Origin: Chiloscyllium plagiosum
Taxonomy: Eukaryota
Assembly (NCBI RefSeq): GCF_004010195.1
Contig: NC_057725.1
Location: 32,206,045-32,270,044, forward strand
DNA length: 64,000 nucleotides
Reading direction: 5' to 3'
The notes beneath the pieces are model-generated. The model made no database searches, was not told where the DNA came from, and was given only the letters and a program-made list of their open reading frames with translations. The position numbers and the translations under genes are program-made. Below are positions 41,601-54,100 of this stretch, in pieces. Each line of letters starts with the position of its first letter. Position 1 is the stretch's first letter.

Positions 41601-42780
41601 ATGAACATGGGTGTAATTCATTAATGATTGGTACCTGATGTTAACAGTGCTGACTCACAAATTCCTGAAGCTCAGACATCACTTGTGCCAATTTACCCAA
41701 TACAGCTTTCGGTAAAATCCCAGAGAGGTTTCTTTTTATGAAACTCTCCCGAATTTAGCGGATCCGGGCCCTGACAGAAACAGAAATTGCTGAAGAAACA
41801 CGGCAGATCTGGCAGCATCTGTGATGAATTGAAGAAGGGTCACTGGACCCGAAACATTGACTCTGCTTTCTCCCCAGCGATGCTGGCTGACCTGCAGTGG
41901 TTGTGTTTTTGTTTCAGATCTCCAGAACCCTTCTTTGTTTTATTTTAGTTGCAGTCAGATTGTGGGCACAGCCTGTAATCTGATTTTTGCCACACCCAAA
42001 CTGCTCGGTTCCTACTCCAAGACTTCTCCCCGAGTTGTTCAATGTACTTCAGACCAACACCAACACCAGTGTGGCCCTGAACCGCCCTGGCAGTGTGTCC
42101 AGACAGCCTGAAATCGAATTCCACATTCTCTGAACTTTCACTCACTGACCCTCACTCACCGATCCCCCTCACTCAGTCTCTCACTCACTGTCCCCCTCAC
42201 TCACTGACCCCCTCACTCACTGATCCCCTCACACTCTCACTCACTGACTCTCACTCACTGATCCCCTCAGTCAGTCCCCCCCACTCACTGATCCCCTCAT
42301 TCACTGTCTCTCACTCACTGATCCCCACTCACTGATCCCCTCAGTCACTGTCCCCCTCACTCACTGATCCCTTCATTCACTGTCTCTCACTCACTGATCC
42401 CCTCACTCACTGATCCCCTCACTCACTGTCCCTCACTCTGACCCTCACTCACTGTCCCCCTCATTCACTGTCCCCCTCACTCNNNNNNNNNNNNNNNNNN
42501 NNNNNNNNNNNNNNNNACTCACTGTCTCTCACTCACTGACCCCTCACTCTGCCCCCTCACTCACTGCCCCCCTCACTCACTCTCTGACCTTCACAAACCG
42601 AGCCTCCCTGTAACTTCCCACACTCCCGGGACCCCGGGAAAGTTTGCAGTCACTAACCGTTGTTGTCAGCTCGATCTTCGCGGGTTTGGAGACGATCCTC
42701 GCCCTGGGAAGGAGCTGCTGCCGATTCCCGGCGATCAGAAAGCGGAGCCCCTGGGTTAGGGGCCGCTTCAGTCCCTGCAT
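35514..42780 (-). CDS. COX8B: Cytochrome c oxidase subunit 8 (COX8; syntenic with Cox8b), complement(join(35514..35624,42658..42780)), 77 aa
   Basis: Exon 1 MQGLKRPLTQGLRFLIAGNRQQLLPRARIVSKPAKIELTTT|gttagt (Arg/Leu-rich transit peptide plus the SKPAK motif). Exon 2 ttacag|EQIIGFTVLTASIMIPSSWMLAHLEDYKHRPEPANN* (transmembrane helix with the P..W.L.HL..YK COX8 signature). The paralog name rests on synteny with PSMD13. Confidence 0.88.
36090..39520 (-). mobile_element. Degenerate CR1 fragments within the COX8 intron
   Basis: SVLGPQLFTLYINYLD..KFADETK; CIYLRAMSLTGKADEL..VAIMETWL; DGLHLNWRG. Confidence 0.75.
39605..41320. repeat. 33-bp tandem satellite (cagtactgaccctctgacagtgcagcactccct)n, about 50 units, in the COX8 intron
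   Basis: Directly visible periodicity; produces the 11-aa-period ORFs in the track. Confidence 0.95.
42135..42585. repeat. (ctcactcactgatccc)-like minisatellite with N gap
   Basis: Visible 15-17 bp units. Confidence 0.9.
42658..42780 (-). CDS. COX8B: COX8 coding exon 1 (mitochondrial transit peptide + N-terminus)
   Basis: ATG at 42780; phase-0 donor GTTAGT at 42657; lies in a small CpG-rich patch. Confidence 0.85.
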
Positions 42781-42999
42781 GTCTCTCTCTTGTAGTCGGT
42801 CCTGGTGCTGGGGCGACACTGTCGGCTCTCTCTGCTGCCGGGCGTCCTTGCCAAGCGGAGCCGGTTCACACCGACACGGCACAGAGGGAGGAGACAAGGG
42901 GAGGCAGTAGAAACAGCAGGAGTGACCAACCCACTGGGAGCAAACATCACTCCATCCACTTACCGCTTCACCAGGAATAGCCCTGAGCTGAGAATAATT

Positions 43000-43560
43000 A
43001 CACTGGGAATTCCCCTCCATGGGAATAACATATTCCCTATTGGGGAAGAATCATCGTGTTTATTGGGAGGAAAGTCGGTATTTGGGAATACTTCATTAGC
43101 TGGAGAAATTAAAACTTAGTGGAGGAGGACCCCCCAATTTGGGAATACACATCTCACTCCAAATAATCCCACCCCTCACAGGCATCTCCCTCACTATGGA
43201 TTACCTCCCTGACCTCTGTCATTGGGAATAAACTACCCTCATTGGGAATTACTTGCCTTAATTGGGAATAAATGACGCTCGGTGGGAATACATCAGCCTT
43301 ATTGGAAATAAATGGCCACCCTCACTGGGAATATGTGACCCTCACTGGAAATGACCATGCTCTCTGGGAATGACTACGCTCTTTGCAAATCACACATCTT
43401 CACTATGACCGGGAATAAGCTCTCACTCACTGAAAATCCAGCTCATTGGGAATAAACTCCTTGCTGCAATTAAAATCTCTCACCGGGACTAAACACCAGT
43501 GAATATACTCCCATGCTAAGAATAAATCCTCATCATTGGGATTTAAAATCCCTTCATTAA
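43000..43560. repeat. Degenerate ~20-bp array containing (t/c)TGGGAAT upstream of COX8 exon 1
   Basis: About 15-17 occurrences of TGGGAAT-like words at roughly 20-bp spacing. Confidence 0.7.
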
Positions 43561-43629
43561 CCATTCCCATTTTTCAATGGTGTTTTCCAGCCAAGGATGT
43601 CATTTGATAATAGTAATTATTGTATTGTG

Positions 43630-44685
43630 AGAGATTTGGCAGTATATGTGTGCACAGCAAGATCCCAAAAGAGCAACACAAAAAACAAACTCATGCTTTA
43701 TTTATGTTCATGAAAGTATATCAGGAAAGCAGGGAAAAGCCTTTGCCCACATTCCAATACACCTAACTTACCTCTATCCAAGAGGAGAAACAGGGATTCA
43801 TTTATATACTTCGATTGAAATCTTTCCGACCATTCACAGCTTTCTTGATATTGATACTCTATGTAGTGTTCCCTCAGTGCAACTCCTTTAACAGTGCAGT
43901 ATTCCTTCAACACTTCCATCTGACAGCGGAGGATAACCTCTGTAACTGCCGATTTCACGATGTAGCACTTCCTTATTACTGTCCCTCTGACAGTGTTGCA
44001 TGCCCTCAGTAATGGTCCTACTATACTGCAGCACTCCTTCAGTAGTTATTCTGATAATGTAGCACTCCCTCAGTATTGGTCCTTAGTACTTCGCCACACA
44101 GCCTGCACCTGAGGAAGGAGCAGGTGCTCCGAAAGCTTGTAGTTTCAAATAAACCTATGAGACTAGAACCAGTGTCGTGTGATTTTGACTTTGTCGACCC
44201 CAGTCCAACACCGGCACCTCCATATCCATATTATGATGGTGCAGCTTTCTTTCAGTACTTCCCTGATTGTGCAGTGCTGCCTTAGTACCCCCTCCATGGA
44301 GAAACTCTCAGTTGTTTCTCTCTGACAATGTAGTGCTCTTTCTGTACCACCTGTCTGACAATGCAGGGCTCCCTTACTATGTATCTGACAATACAGCAAC
44401 ACTCCCTCAGCTCTGCCCCTGACAATGCAGCATCCCCTCAGTATGTCCTCTGCAACAACTTACTCCTCATTATGGCTCTCCAAACATAAAGCAGTCCTTC
44501 AATGCTGGTCTTCTGAACATGCAACACTGACTCTGTACTGACTGTCCAAGAGTGTAACTTTCCCTCTAACACATACAAGGACTATCGGCCCAGAGTATAA
44601 GCTTACTACTGTGGGTTGAGGCTTGAACCAATGACATGTTGGATCCATTGGTGAGAATGCTACCCACTCAGTAAAAGCTGACAAT
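43630..44685 (-). mobile_element. Deu-SINE (SacSINE1/AmnSINE-like) with internally expanded degenerate 33-bp units
   Basis: Reverse tRNA-like head near 44610-44685, degenerate cagtgcagcactccctcagtactg units at 43860-44560, reverse 3' part (gcacagcaagatccca) near 43650; family name recalled from consensus, not searched. Confidence 0.6.
44100..44225 (+). mobile_element. Penelope-like terminus (third family) with a hammerhead-like core
   Basis: cacCTGAGGAaggagcaggtgctccGAAAGCTTgt followed by aataaacc...cagtccaacaccggcacctcc. Confidence 0.6.
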
Positions 44686-45118
44686 CAACATTTTGTGACA
44701 TGAGGACAGATGAAACCGTAAGCAACATCTTTTATAGAAAATGTAGAAGCTTTAATTTCAAACCCAAATCCCAGAATAAAATACCTCCATTAAAATAATT
44801 CATATTCAAATATTGCCACAGCTTTAAAATACCAATGAAGCCCCAAAGATTTGCTGATCCATCAATTCATGTCCCAGCCTTAAACCAACCAAGTGTGGGC
44901 TCAGACTTGTGGGCATCTATAATGCTCTGCTGAGGAAGAATGTTTTCGCATAAGAAACACTTCAAAAGGAGTTAAAATTTTTCTCTACCCAACTGAAATT
45001 GCAACATTAAACAATGAGCTAAAATGCAAACGATATAATCCTGAGGTGTTGTGCGTGGTTAGTGAGTCCTGAAGCCACTCCTTGCTGATTGACCCATGCA
45101 ACTTCCAGAACCAAGTGC

Positions 45119-45181
45119 TCAGGGATCAATTGTACGATTGGTTGGGATCAGGTCAACTCCAAGATCCTTTGCAACAGAGTT
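45119..45181 (-). CDS. Ldh_2 gene terminal coding exon
   Basis: gcttag|[20 protein letters not shown]; ATTAAA candidate at 44756-44751 on the minus strand. Confidence 0.75.
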   Translation of the reverse strand, partial: NSVAKDLGVDLIPTNRTIDP

Positions 45182-48100
45182 CTAAGCAATGTTAGGAAAG
45201 GAAATTGATTAAAACACAGAACAACAATTCTGCAGTTTACCTAAAGGATGACGTGTTGTTAAACTCCACAGGATAATTACTGATTGGTCACAGTTAATGC
45301 CGGTTGTATGTGGGCCGTGTTACCTGTGTTCTTTGTCCTACACAGACTCGGTCACATATTAATCCCTATCAAATTCAGCCTGCCATACTCAAACCAAATG
45401 ACATCAGGATCCTCTCACAAGCTGGCCTTGTCGCACACAGACTGCATCACATGAAGATCCTGTCACATTTTTATCATGTCAAATGTTTGGCTTGTCACGT
45501 GTAGCTTCGTCATATAGACCCCCTGTCACACACAGAACTCCTCACATTTGGTTCAGGTCTCAAGACAATTCAAGCACATTGCAGGTGCTTTTACACACAG
45601 ACCCCATCACACACACAGTCCCTGCTACACACAGACCCCATCACAAACACAGGCCCTGCCACACACAGACCCCATCACACACACAGGCCCTGCCACACAC
45701 AGACCCCATCACACACACAGGCCCTGCCACACACAGACCCCGTCACAAACACAGGTCCTGCTACACACACAGGCCCTGCGACATACAGACCCCTATCACA
45801 CACACAGGCCCTGCTACACACAGACCCCGTCCCACACACAGGCCCTGCCACACACAGACCCCATCACACACACAGACCCTGCTACACACAGACCCCATCA
45901 TACACACAGGCCCTGCTACACACAGACCCCATCACACACACAGGCCCTGCTACACACAGACCCCATCACAAACACAGGTCTTGTCACACATAGACCCCAT
46001 CTCACACACACAGGCCCTGCTACACACAGACACCATCACATACAGGCCCTGCCACACATAGACCCCATCACAAACGCAGGCCCTGTCACACACAGACCCT
46101 GCCACACACAGCCCAGTCACAAACAGACCCAGTCACACACAGACCCCACCATATACTGACCCTGTTACACACACAGACCCACTCACACACAGACCCCGTC
46201 GCACACACAGGCTCTGCCACATACAGACCCCATCACAAACACAGGCCCTGCCACACACAGACCCTGCCACACACAGCCCAGTCACATACAGACCCAGTCA
46301 CACTCACAGACCCAGTCACACACAGGCCCCATCATACACTGACCCTGTTACACATACAGACCCAGTCACACACAGACCCTATCACTCCCTGATCCCGTCA
46401 TACGCTGACCCAATCACTCACAGTCCCAATCACACACAGACAAGTCACACACAGATGCAATGACACACAGACCCAGTTACACACACACCCCGTCACACAC
46501 AGACTCATTTATACACAGACCCATTCACACACACACCCTGTCACACGCAGACCCAGTCACACACAGACTCAGTCACACACAGACCCAGTTACATACAGAC
46601 CCTGTCACACACAGACCTCGTCACACACAGTCTCATTCACACACAGACAAGTCACAGCCAGATGCAGTGACACACAGACCCAGTTACACACAGATCCAGT
46701 AACACACAGGTCCTGTCACATACAGACTACCTTCACACACAGTCACACACACAGATGCAGTGACACACAGTCCCAGTTACACACAGACCCCATCATACAC
46801 AGACCCAGTCACACGCAGACCCAGTCACACGCAGACCCAGTCACACACAGACCCAGTCACATGCTGACCCAGTCACACAGTCCCATTCACACACAGACAA
46901 GTCACAGCCAAATGCAGTGACAAACAGAACCACTCACACACAGACCCAGTCACACGCTGATCCAGTCACACACAGACCCAGTCACACACAACCAGTCACA
47001 GCCAGATGCAGTGTCACACAGACTCAATTACACACAGACTCAGTTATACGCAGGTGCGATCACACAGAGACCCCGTCACACATAGAGCCCATTGCACACA
47101 GACTCAGTTACCTACAGACCCAGTCATACAGAGACCCAGACATACACAGACCCTGTCACACACAGTCCCCATTGCATACAGACTCAGTTACACACAGACC
47201 CTGTCACACCCAGACCCTGTCACACGCTGACCCGGTCACAGACACACCTGGTCACACATAGACCCAGTCACACACAGACCCAGTCACACACAAACCCAAT
47301 CATACGCTGACCCAGTCACACGCTGACCCAGTCACACACAGTCCCATTCACACACAGACAAGTCACAGCCAGATGCAGTGACACACAGACCCAGTTACAC
47401 ACAGATCCAGTAACACACAGGTCCTGTCACATACAGACTACCTTCACACACAGACCCTTTCGCACACAGGCCTCTTCACATACAGACCCTTTCATCTGCA
47501 GTCCCACTCACACACAGACCTTGTCACACACAGTCCCATTCACATGCAGACCCAGTTCCATGCAGACCCAGTTACACACAGACCCAGTTATACACAGACC
47601 CCATCACACGTTGACCTGGTCACACGCTGACCCGGTCACACACAGACCCTGTCACACACAGGCCCTGTCACACACAGTCCCATTCACATGCAGACCCAGT
47701 TACACACAGACCCAATGTGAAACAGGCAAATCTGGAAACTCCATAGTCTTCAGGCATTAACCTCCTTGATCTATAATCTGTCCATTCAGCTAATTCCCAT
47801 TCAGTAACCTCACCCATCTTTATATTTAATTAGGAATCACTTGAGATGCATGACATTCCCTTAACAAAGCCATGCTGACTATCCTAACTCATTGCTGACT
47901 TTCTAAATGACAGTTTATCCAATCTTTCAGGATTGTTACTAATAATTTGCCTACCACCAAAGTAGACTAGCTGGCCTATAATTGCTTGGCATTTCCTTTG
48001 TGCCCTTTATAAAAATGGAACCACATTTACTTTTGTCCTGTCCTTTGGCACCACCTGTGTCTAGTGAAGATTGAAATATAATCGTCAGAACATCTGCTAT

Positions 48101-51100
48101 TTCCTCCCTGAGGCTCTCCAACATCCGAGGGAACAGTCTATCCGGCCCTGGTGACTTATCCACCTTCAAGGATTCCAACTCCACTAATACTTCCTCTCTC
48201 ATTATGATTATTTTGTCCAATATTTCACACTGCTCCTTTTGGGTTACTATCTCCACATTATTCCTTTCCTTTGTGAATACGGAGCCAAAAAATGCATTTA
48301 AAATTCTTCTCTTTTCCTCTGCATCTTCACACAAGTTCCCTTCTTCATCTCTGATTGGTCCTACATTTTCCTTGGCTATCATTTAGCTCCTTATGTACTG
48401 GTAAAACATCTTTGAGGTTTACTCTATCTTGCTTGCTAATTTTTTCTCATGCCCTCACTTTGATTTCCCTTTTAGTTTTACTTGACGATTGTACTTTCTC
48501 TACTCCTCTAGGCTATCTGCAGCATTTTGCTACAATGGTAAGCTTTCTTTTTCTGTTTAATCTTCCCCTGTATCTTTCCACTCATTTGTGGGCATCTACA
48601 TTTGGCAGTACCATGCTTATTTTTAGAGGGAACATGTCTGCGTTGTGCCCTAAGGATCTCAGTTTTAGTGCATCCCATAGGTTTATTACTGATTTATCCT
48701 TTAGCAGTCCTGTCCAGTCCATCTCAGCAGTTCTGAATGCCAAAGTTACTCTCCCACTGTTATGAATATCGTTGGTTGTGTGTAGCCCCTTTAAGAGAGT
48801 GGATCAGGTGACTCAGAGGACACCTAGAGGGGAGTCTAGGACTGCCTGTGGACCTGAGAGGACGCAAAAAAATTATTCCTCGTTCAAGTTTATCCTCAGT
48901 CATTCTCGTGTTCTATTTATGGTTCTAGTGAACCACAAATACAATACTCACCACCCTGCACTTCTAGCTAACACACTCTGCATCTTTCTATAGTTTGGTG
49001 CTCAGCTCTTTTACTGACTGGGTGACAGAGCTGCTGAGTTGTGGCCAGACTCACCATGAAATCGACAACATTGACGTGATAGGGAATGCCACCTTGTTGT
49101 TCACATTCTCTGATGTGTAGGGTTTCTGGGTCTCCAGGGGTCAGGACAGAAAGGCCAGGTTCACTCTGTAAGGGTTTAAGCAAATTTGTACACTTGAGTA
49201 AACTTAGACGTAATCACCCGAAGCTCATATACACATTGTGGAATAGCAGATTTTGAGCTATAAGGAGAGGCTGAACACGCTGAGGCTCTTTTCCCTGGAG
49301 TGTCAGAGGCTGAGGGGTGACCTTATAGAGGTTTATAAAATTATGAGGGGCATGGATAGGATAAAGAGACAAAGGAATAGGAAGGGTTTGGAGGGATATG
49401 GGCCGTGCGCTGGCAGGTGAGATTAGATTGGGTTGGGATATCTGGTCAGCATGGACGGGTTGGACTGAAAGGTCTGTTTCCAAGCTGTACATCTCTATCA
49501 CTCTATTAGGTCAATAGGATTAATCAACAAACATGATCAGGAAACACCAATCACTTCCACTCCCTTCAGAGTCAGAGATTTCTAAAATTGTTCAATCCTC
49601 CGAGAGCAAAAGGAATTAAAAGAATATCTCCCAGTACTGGACTTGCACAAACTGTGAAAACATTCCACCTTGTCGAGACTATTCCAGATCTTATAAACTT
49701 CAATCAGATCGCTCCTCAAGCTTTTGAGCTTTTGTAAAACATATCCAGTCTGTCAAACGTTCCTCAAAAAATAACCCATTCATTCCAGGTCGGAATCGAG
49801 GAAAAACCGAAAGAAGGTTCTGAGGAAGGATCACTGGACCTGAAACATTAACTCTGATTTTTCTCCACAGATGCTGCCAGACCTGCTGAGCTTTAACAGC
49901 AGTTTCATTTCTGTTTGTGAGCAATCTAATCAACCTCGTCTGAACTGCCTCCAACATATTTGGATCCTTCCTTCAATAAGAAGTACAAAATGGCTCACAA
50001 TATTTGGATATAATATTACCAATGTCCTGTGTAACTGAAGCATAATATCTTTACTTTTATGTTCAATTCCTCTCATAATAAAGGTTAGCATCACATTAGC
50101 CTTCCTGATTCATGTACTACTGATGGGTCAGTTTTTGTCCAATGTGTGCAGGAGGGTTTCCTGAATCAGTATGCAGACAGGCTAACAAGGGGCGAGGCCC
50201 CATTAGATTTGATACTGGGTAATGAACACGGCCAGGTGTTAGATTTGTAGGCAGGTGAGCACTTTGGTGATAGTAACCACAATTCTGTTATGTTTACTTT
50301 AGCGATGGAAAGGGATAGGTATATATCTTAGGGCAAGAGTTATAACTGGGGAAAAGGCAATCACGATGCAATTAGGCAAGATTTAGGGTGCATAGGATGG
50401 GGAAGGAAACTGCAGGGGATGGGCACAATTGAAATGTGCAGCTTATTCAAGGAACAGGGAGGGAGGTAGTTATCGAGAGAGGGAGCCATGGTTTACTAAA
50501 GAAGTTGAAGCTCTTGTCAAGAGAAAGAAGAAGGCTTATGTGAGAATGAGATGTGAAGGCTCAGTAAGGGCACTTGAGAGTTACAAGTTAGCCAGGAAAG
50601 ACCTAAAGAAAGAGTTGAGAAGAGCAAGAGGGGACATGAGAAGTCGTTGGTGGATAGAACCAAGAAAACCCTAAGACTTTCTATAGGTATATCAGAAATA
50701 AAAGAATGACAAGAGTGAGATTAGGGCCAAAGATAGTAGTGGGAAGTTGTGCGTTGAGTCTGGGCAGATAGGGGAAGCGCTGAATGAATATTGTTTGTCA
50801 GTATTCACACTGGAAAAAGACAATGTTGTTGAGGAGAATACTGAGATACAGGCTGCTAGACTAGATGGGTTTGAGGTTGACAAGGAGGAGGTGTTAGCAA
50901 TTCTGGAAAGTGTGAAAATAGATAAGTCCCCTGGGCCAGATGGGATTTATCCTAGGATTCTCTTGAAAGCAGCGTGGAGATTGCAGAGTCTTTGGCTTTG
51001 ATCGTTATGTAGTCATTGTCTACAGAAATAGTACTAGATGACTGGAGGATAGCAAATGTTGTTCCCTTGTTCAAGGAGGGGAGTAGAGACAACCCTGGTA

Positions 51101-54100
51101 ATTATAGACCAGTGAGCCTTACTTCAGTTGTGGGTAAGGTGTTGGAAAAGATAATAAGAGACAGGATTTATAATCATCTAGAAAGGAATAAGTTGATTAG
51201 GGATAGTCAACATGGTTTTGTGAAGGGTAGGTCATGCCTCACAAACCTTATTGAGCTCTTTGAGAAGGTGACCAACCAGGTGGATGAAGGCAAAGCAGTT
51301 GATGTGGTGTATATGGATTTCAGTAAGGCATTTGATAAGGTTCCCCACGATAGGCTATTGCACAAAATACAGAAACATGGGATTGAGGGTGATTTGACGG
51401 TTTGGATCAGAAATTGGCTAGCTGTAAGAAGACAGAGGGTGGTGTTTGATGGGAAACGTACATCCTAGAGTTCAGTTATTAGTGGTGTACCGCTAGGATC
51501 TGTTTTGGGTCCACTATTGTTTGTCATTTTTATAAATGACCTGGATGAGGGTGTAGAAGGATGGAGTTAGTAAATTTGTGGATGACCCCCCCACCACTAA
51601 GGTCGGTAGTGTAGTGGATACTGCCGAAGGATGTTATAAGTTACAGAGGGAAATAGATAAGTTGCAGAACTGGGCTGAGAGGTGGCAAATGGAACTTAAT
51701 ACAGGAAAGTGTGAGGTGATTCACTTTGGAATGAGTAACAGGAATGCAGAGTACTGCACTAATGGTAAGATTCTTGGTAGTGTAGATGAGCAGAGAGATC
51801 TCAGTGTCCATGTACGTAGATCCCTGAAAGTTGCCACCCAGATAGATATGGTTGTTAAGAAGGCATATGGTGTGTTCCCTTTTATTAGCAGAGGGATTTA
51901 ATTTCAGAGCCATGAGGTCATGTTGCAGCTGTACACAACTCTAGTGCGTACAGTTCTGGTCACATTATACGAAGGACGTGGAAACTTTGGAAAAAGGTTC
52001 AGAGGAGATTTACTAGGATGTTGCCTGGTATGGAGGGAAAGTCTGATGAGGAAAGGCTGAGGGACTTCAGGCTGTTTTTGATAGAGAGAAGAAGGTTGAG
52101 AGGTGACTTAATTGAGACATATAAGATAATCAGAGGGTTAGATCGGGTGGACAGTGAGAGCCTTTTACCTCAGATGGTGATGGCTAGCACAAGAGTACAT
52201 AGCTTTAAATTGAGGGGTGATAGATATCGGACAGATGTCAGAGGTAGTTTCTTTACTCAGAGAGTGGTAGGGGCATGGAACGGCCTGCCTGCAACAGTAG
52301 TGGACTCACCAACTTTAAAGGCATTTAAATGGTCATTGGATAGACATATGGATGAAAATGGAATAGTGTCGGTTAGATGGGTTCAGATTGTTTTCACAGG
52401 TCAGTGCAACATCGAGGACTGAAGGGCTTGTACTGCGCTTTAATGTTCTAATGAGTACGTGCTGTAATTGTACATAAACTTTTGTAATTCACGTCTGTAC
52501 ATTTAGTTAATTGATGATGGCCACTGATTGTTAATCTGTTGTACAAGTCAGTAGTTATACGCACTTGTTCCAGTGTTCTGTGTATCTTAAGTAAGTCTGA
52601 CATTCTTTCCTCAAAACCTGAAGCAAAGCAATTTGGATTTATGGCAACGAAACATTGTCCCTGAAAGATAAGGAGAGCGTAAGTGATCAAAGGTTAGTGA
52701 CAACATTCATTGCTGAACTTTGTAATATACATTGTTATAAAATACTTGAAAAGGGACAGACACACATAGAATGGGCTCAGACCATTCCACTTTGTAGGTC
52801 TATGTAATTATGATCGATTCCTCAGCACTTCTAGAGTGGAACCTCCTTCATTGGGATACAAGAGATTTGTTCATAATTTTTCAATTCTCTCTTGCTACAG
52901 GTGTGATGCCACAGGACTGGAGGACCATCAATGTTGGACTGTTGTTTAAAAATGGAGGAGAGTACTGTATAGCCCAAGTAATTACAGGTTAATCAAACTC
53001 ACTGGGCAGAATCTGCCCAGCCATTGAAAGATGGGGAGAGTGGCAGAAAATGGTGAGAATTGTGTGCGGTCAACGATAATGAGATTCCTGACATGTCAGC
53101 AAAAAGTCCCATTTTCGAAGCAAGTGTTGAAGGACGAGACACCATTCTCACCAGTGAGTATCAAGAGGATTATTTGCATTAACATGCATTGACATCCACA
53201 TCTTCCATCATCTGATTGATACATTGCTTCCCATTCTCCCACCCTCCAGAGAGAAACTGGATGAATGTAGAACATGAGCATCAGAGTAGTACCTGGCAAC
53301 TCCCAGCTTGCCTTTTGCTCTTCTGAGCCTCTGTCTGGGAGCATGCTCCGTGGGCAGGGACCGCATACGGGGTGCCCATATCTGGGGTAATTGACAGGAA
53401 CTATTCTGGGCAGTGACAGACTGCCTGTGCTTGACAGGGTGCATGGTTGGGATTTAAAGATCGTGCTGGCAAAAAGATTCTGGGGAGACAATGGCAGTGG
53501 CCAGTATCTCTGCTTGTAGTGACTGGCAGGATACAATGAACATTGTGCCATATGGGCTCGCTGCACAGGTAGCAAGGTAAGTTTGGGCAGATAGGAAGCT
53601 ATCTCACACTTGGGCTGACAGAGCGAAACCCTCCAAAAAATTCTCCAAAATTGATACTTAACCAATTTCTGGTGAAATTCAGCTCATCTCTCACTCCTGT
53701 TTTGCTCCATCTCTCACTCCTAATTACTCATTCCAAAGTCACTAACACTCTCAAAGAGCCCTCTCCCTCACTCTCTGTCATATTTGATTAACTTGATCAT
53801 ATGTTTTGTGATATGAAGAAAGGCTGATGAGGGTAACACATTTGATGTATTCGGATTTTAGTGAGGCTTTTGACCAGGCAAATTATTTAGTAAATTAATA
53901 ACTCATGAGATTCATGGGAAAGGAGGAATTGGATTCAAAACTAATTCAGTGGCAAAAAGCAAAGGGTTATGGTCAAAGGTGTTTTTCTGATTGGAAGTGT
54001 GTTTCTAATTGAGGTTTTGCAGGACTCAGTGCAGGGTCTCTTGTTTCTCTTGATATATGTTTTAGGTTTAGACTTAGAAAAGTAAAGATCAATGGAGACT

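Noticed and set aside
42577-43020. 147-aa ORF giving COX8 an 80-aa in-frame N-terminal extension from an ATG at 43020
   Set aside because: The extension has no COX8 similarity, probably lies partly upstream of the transcription start, and would mask the transit peptide. ATG 42780 gives a typical-length COX8.
45483-47760. Long His/Thr/Pro-rich ORFs (THRP, HTDP)
   Set aside because: Translations of a CA-rich minisatellite antisense to the Ldh_2 intron.
53096-53665. 189-aa minus-strand ORF inside a Ldh_2 intron
   Set aside because: No recognisable domain; the flanking Ldh_2 exons splice in frame without it; probably an old repeat remnant.
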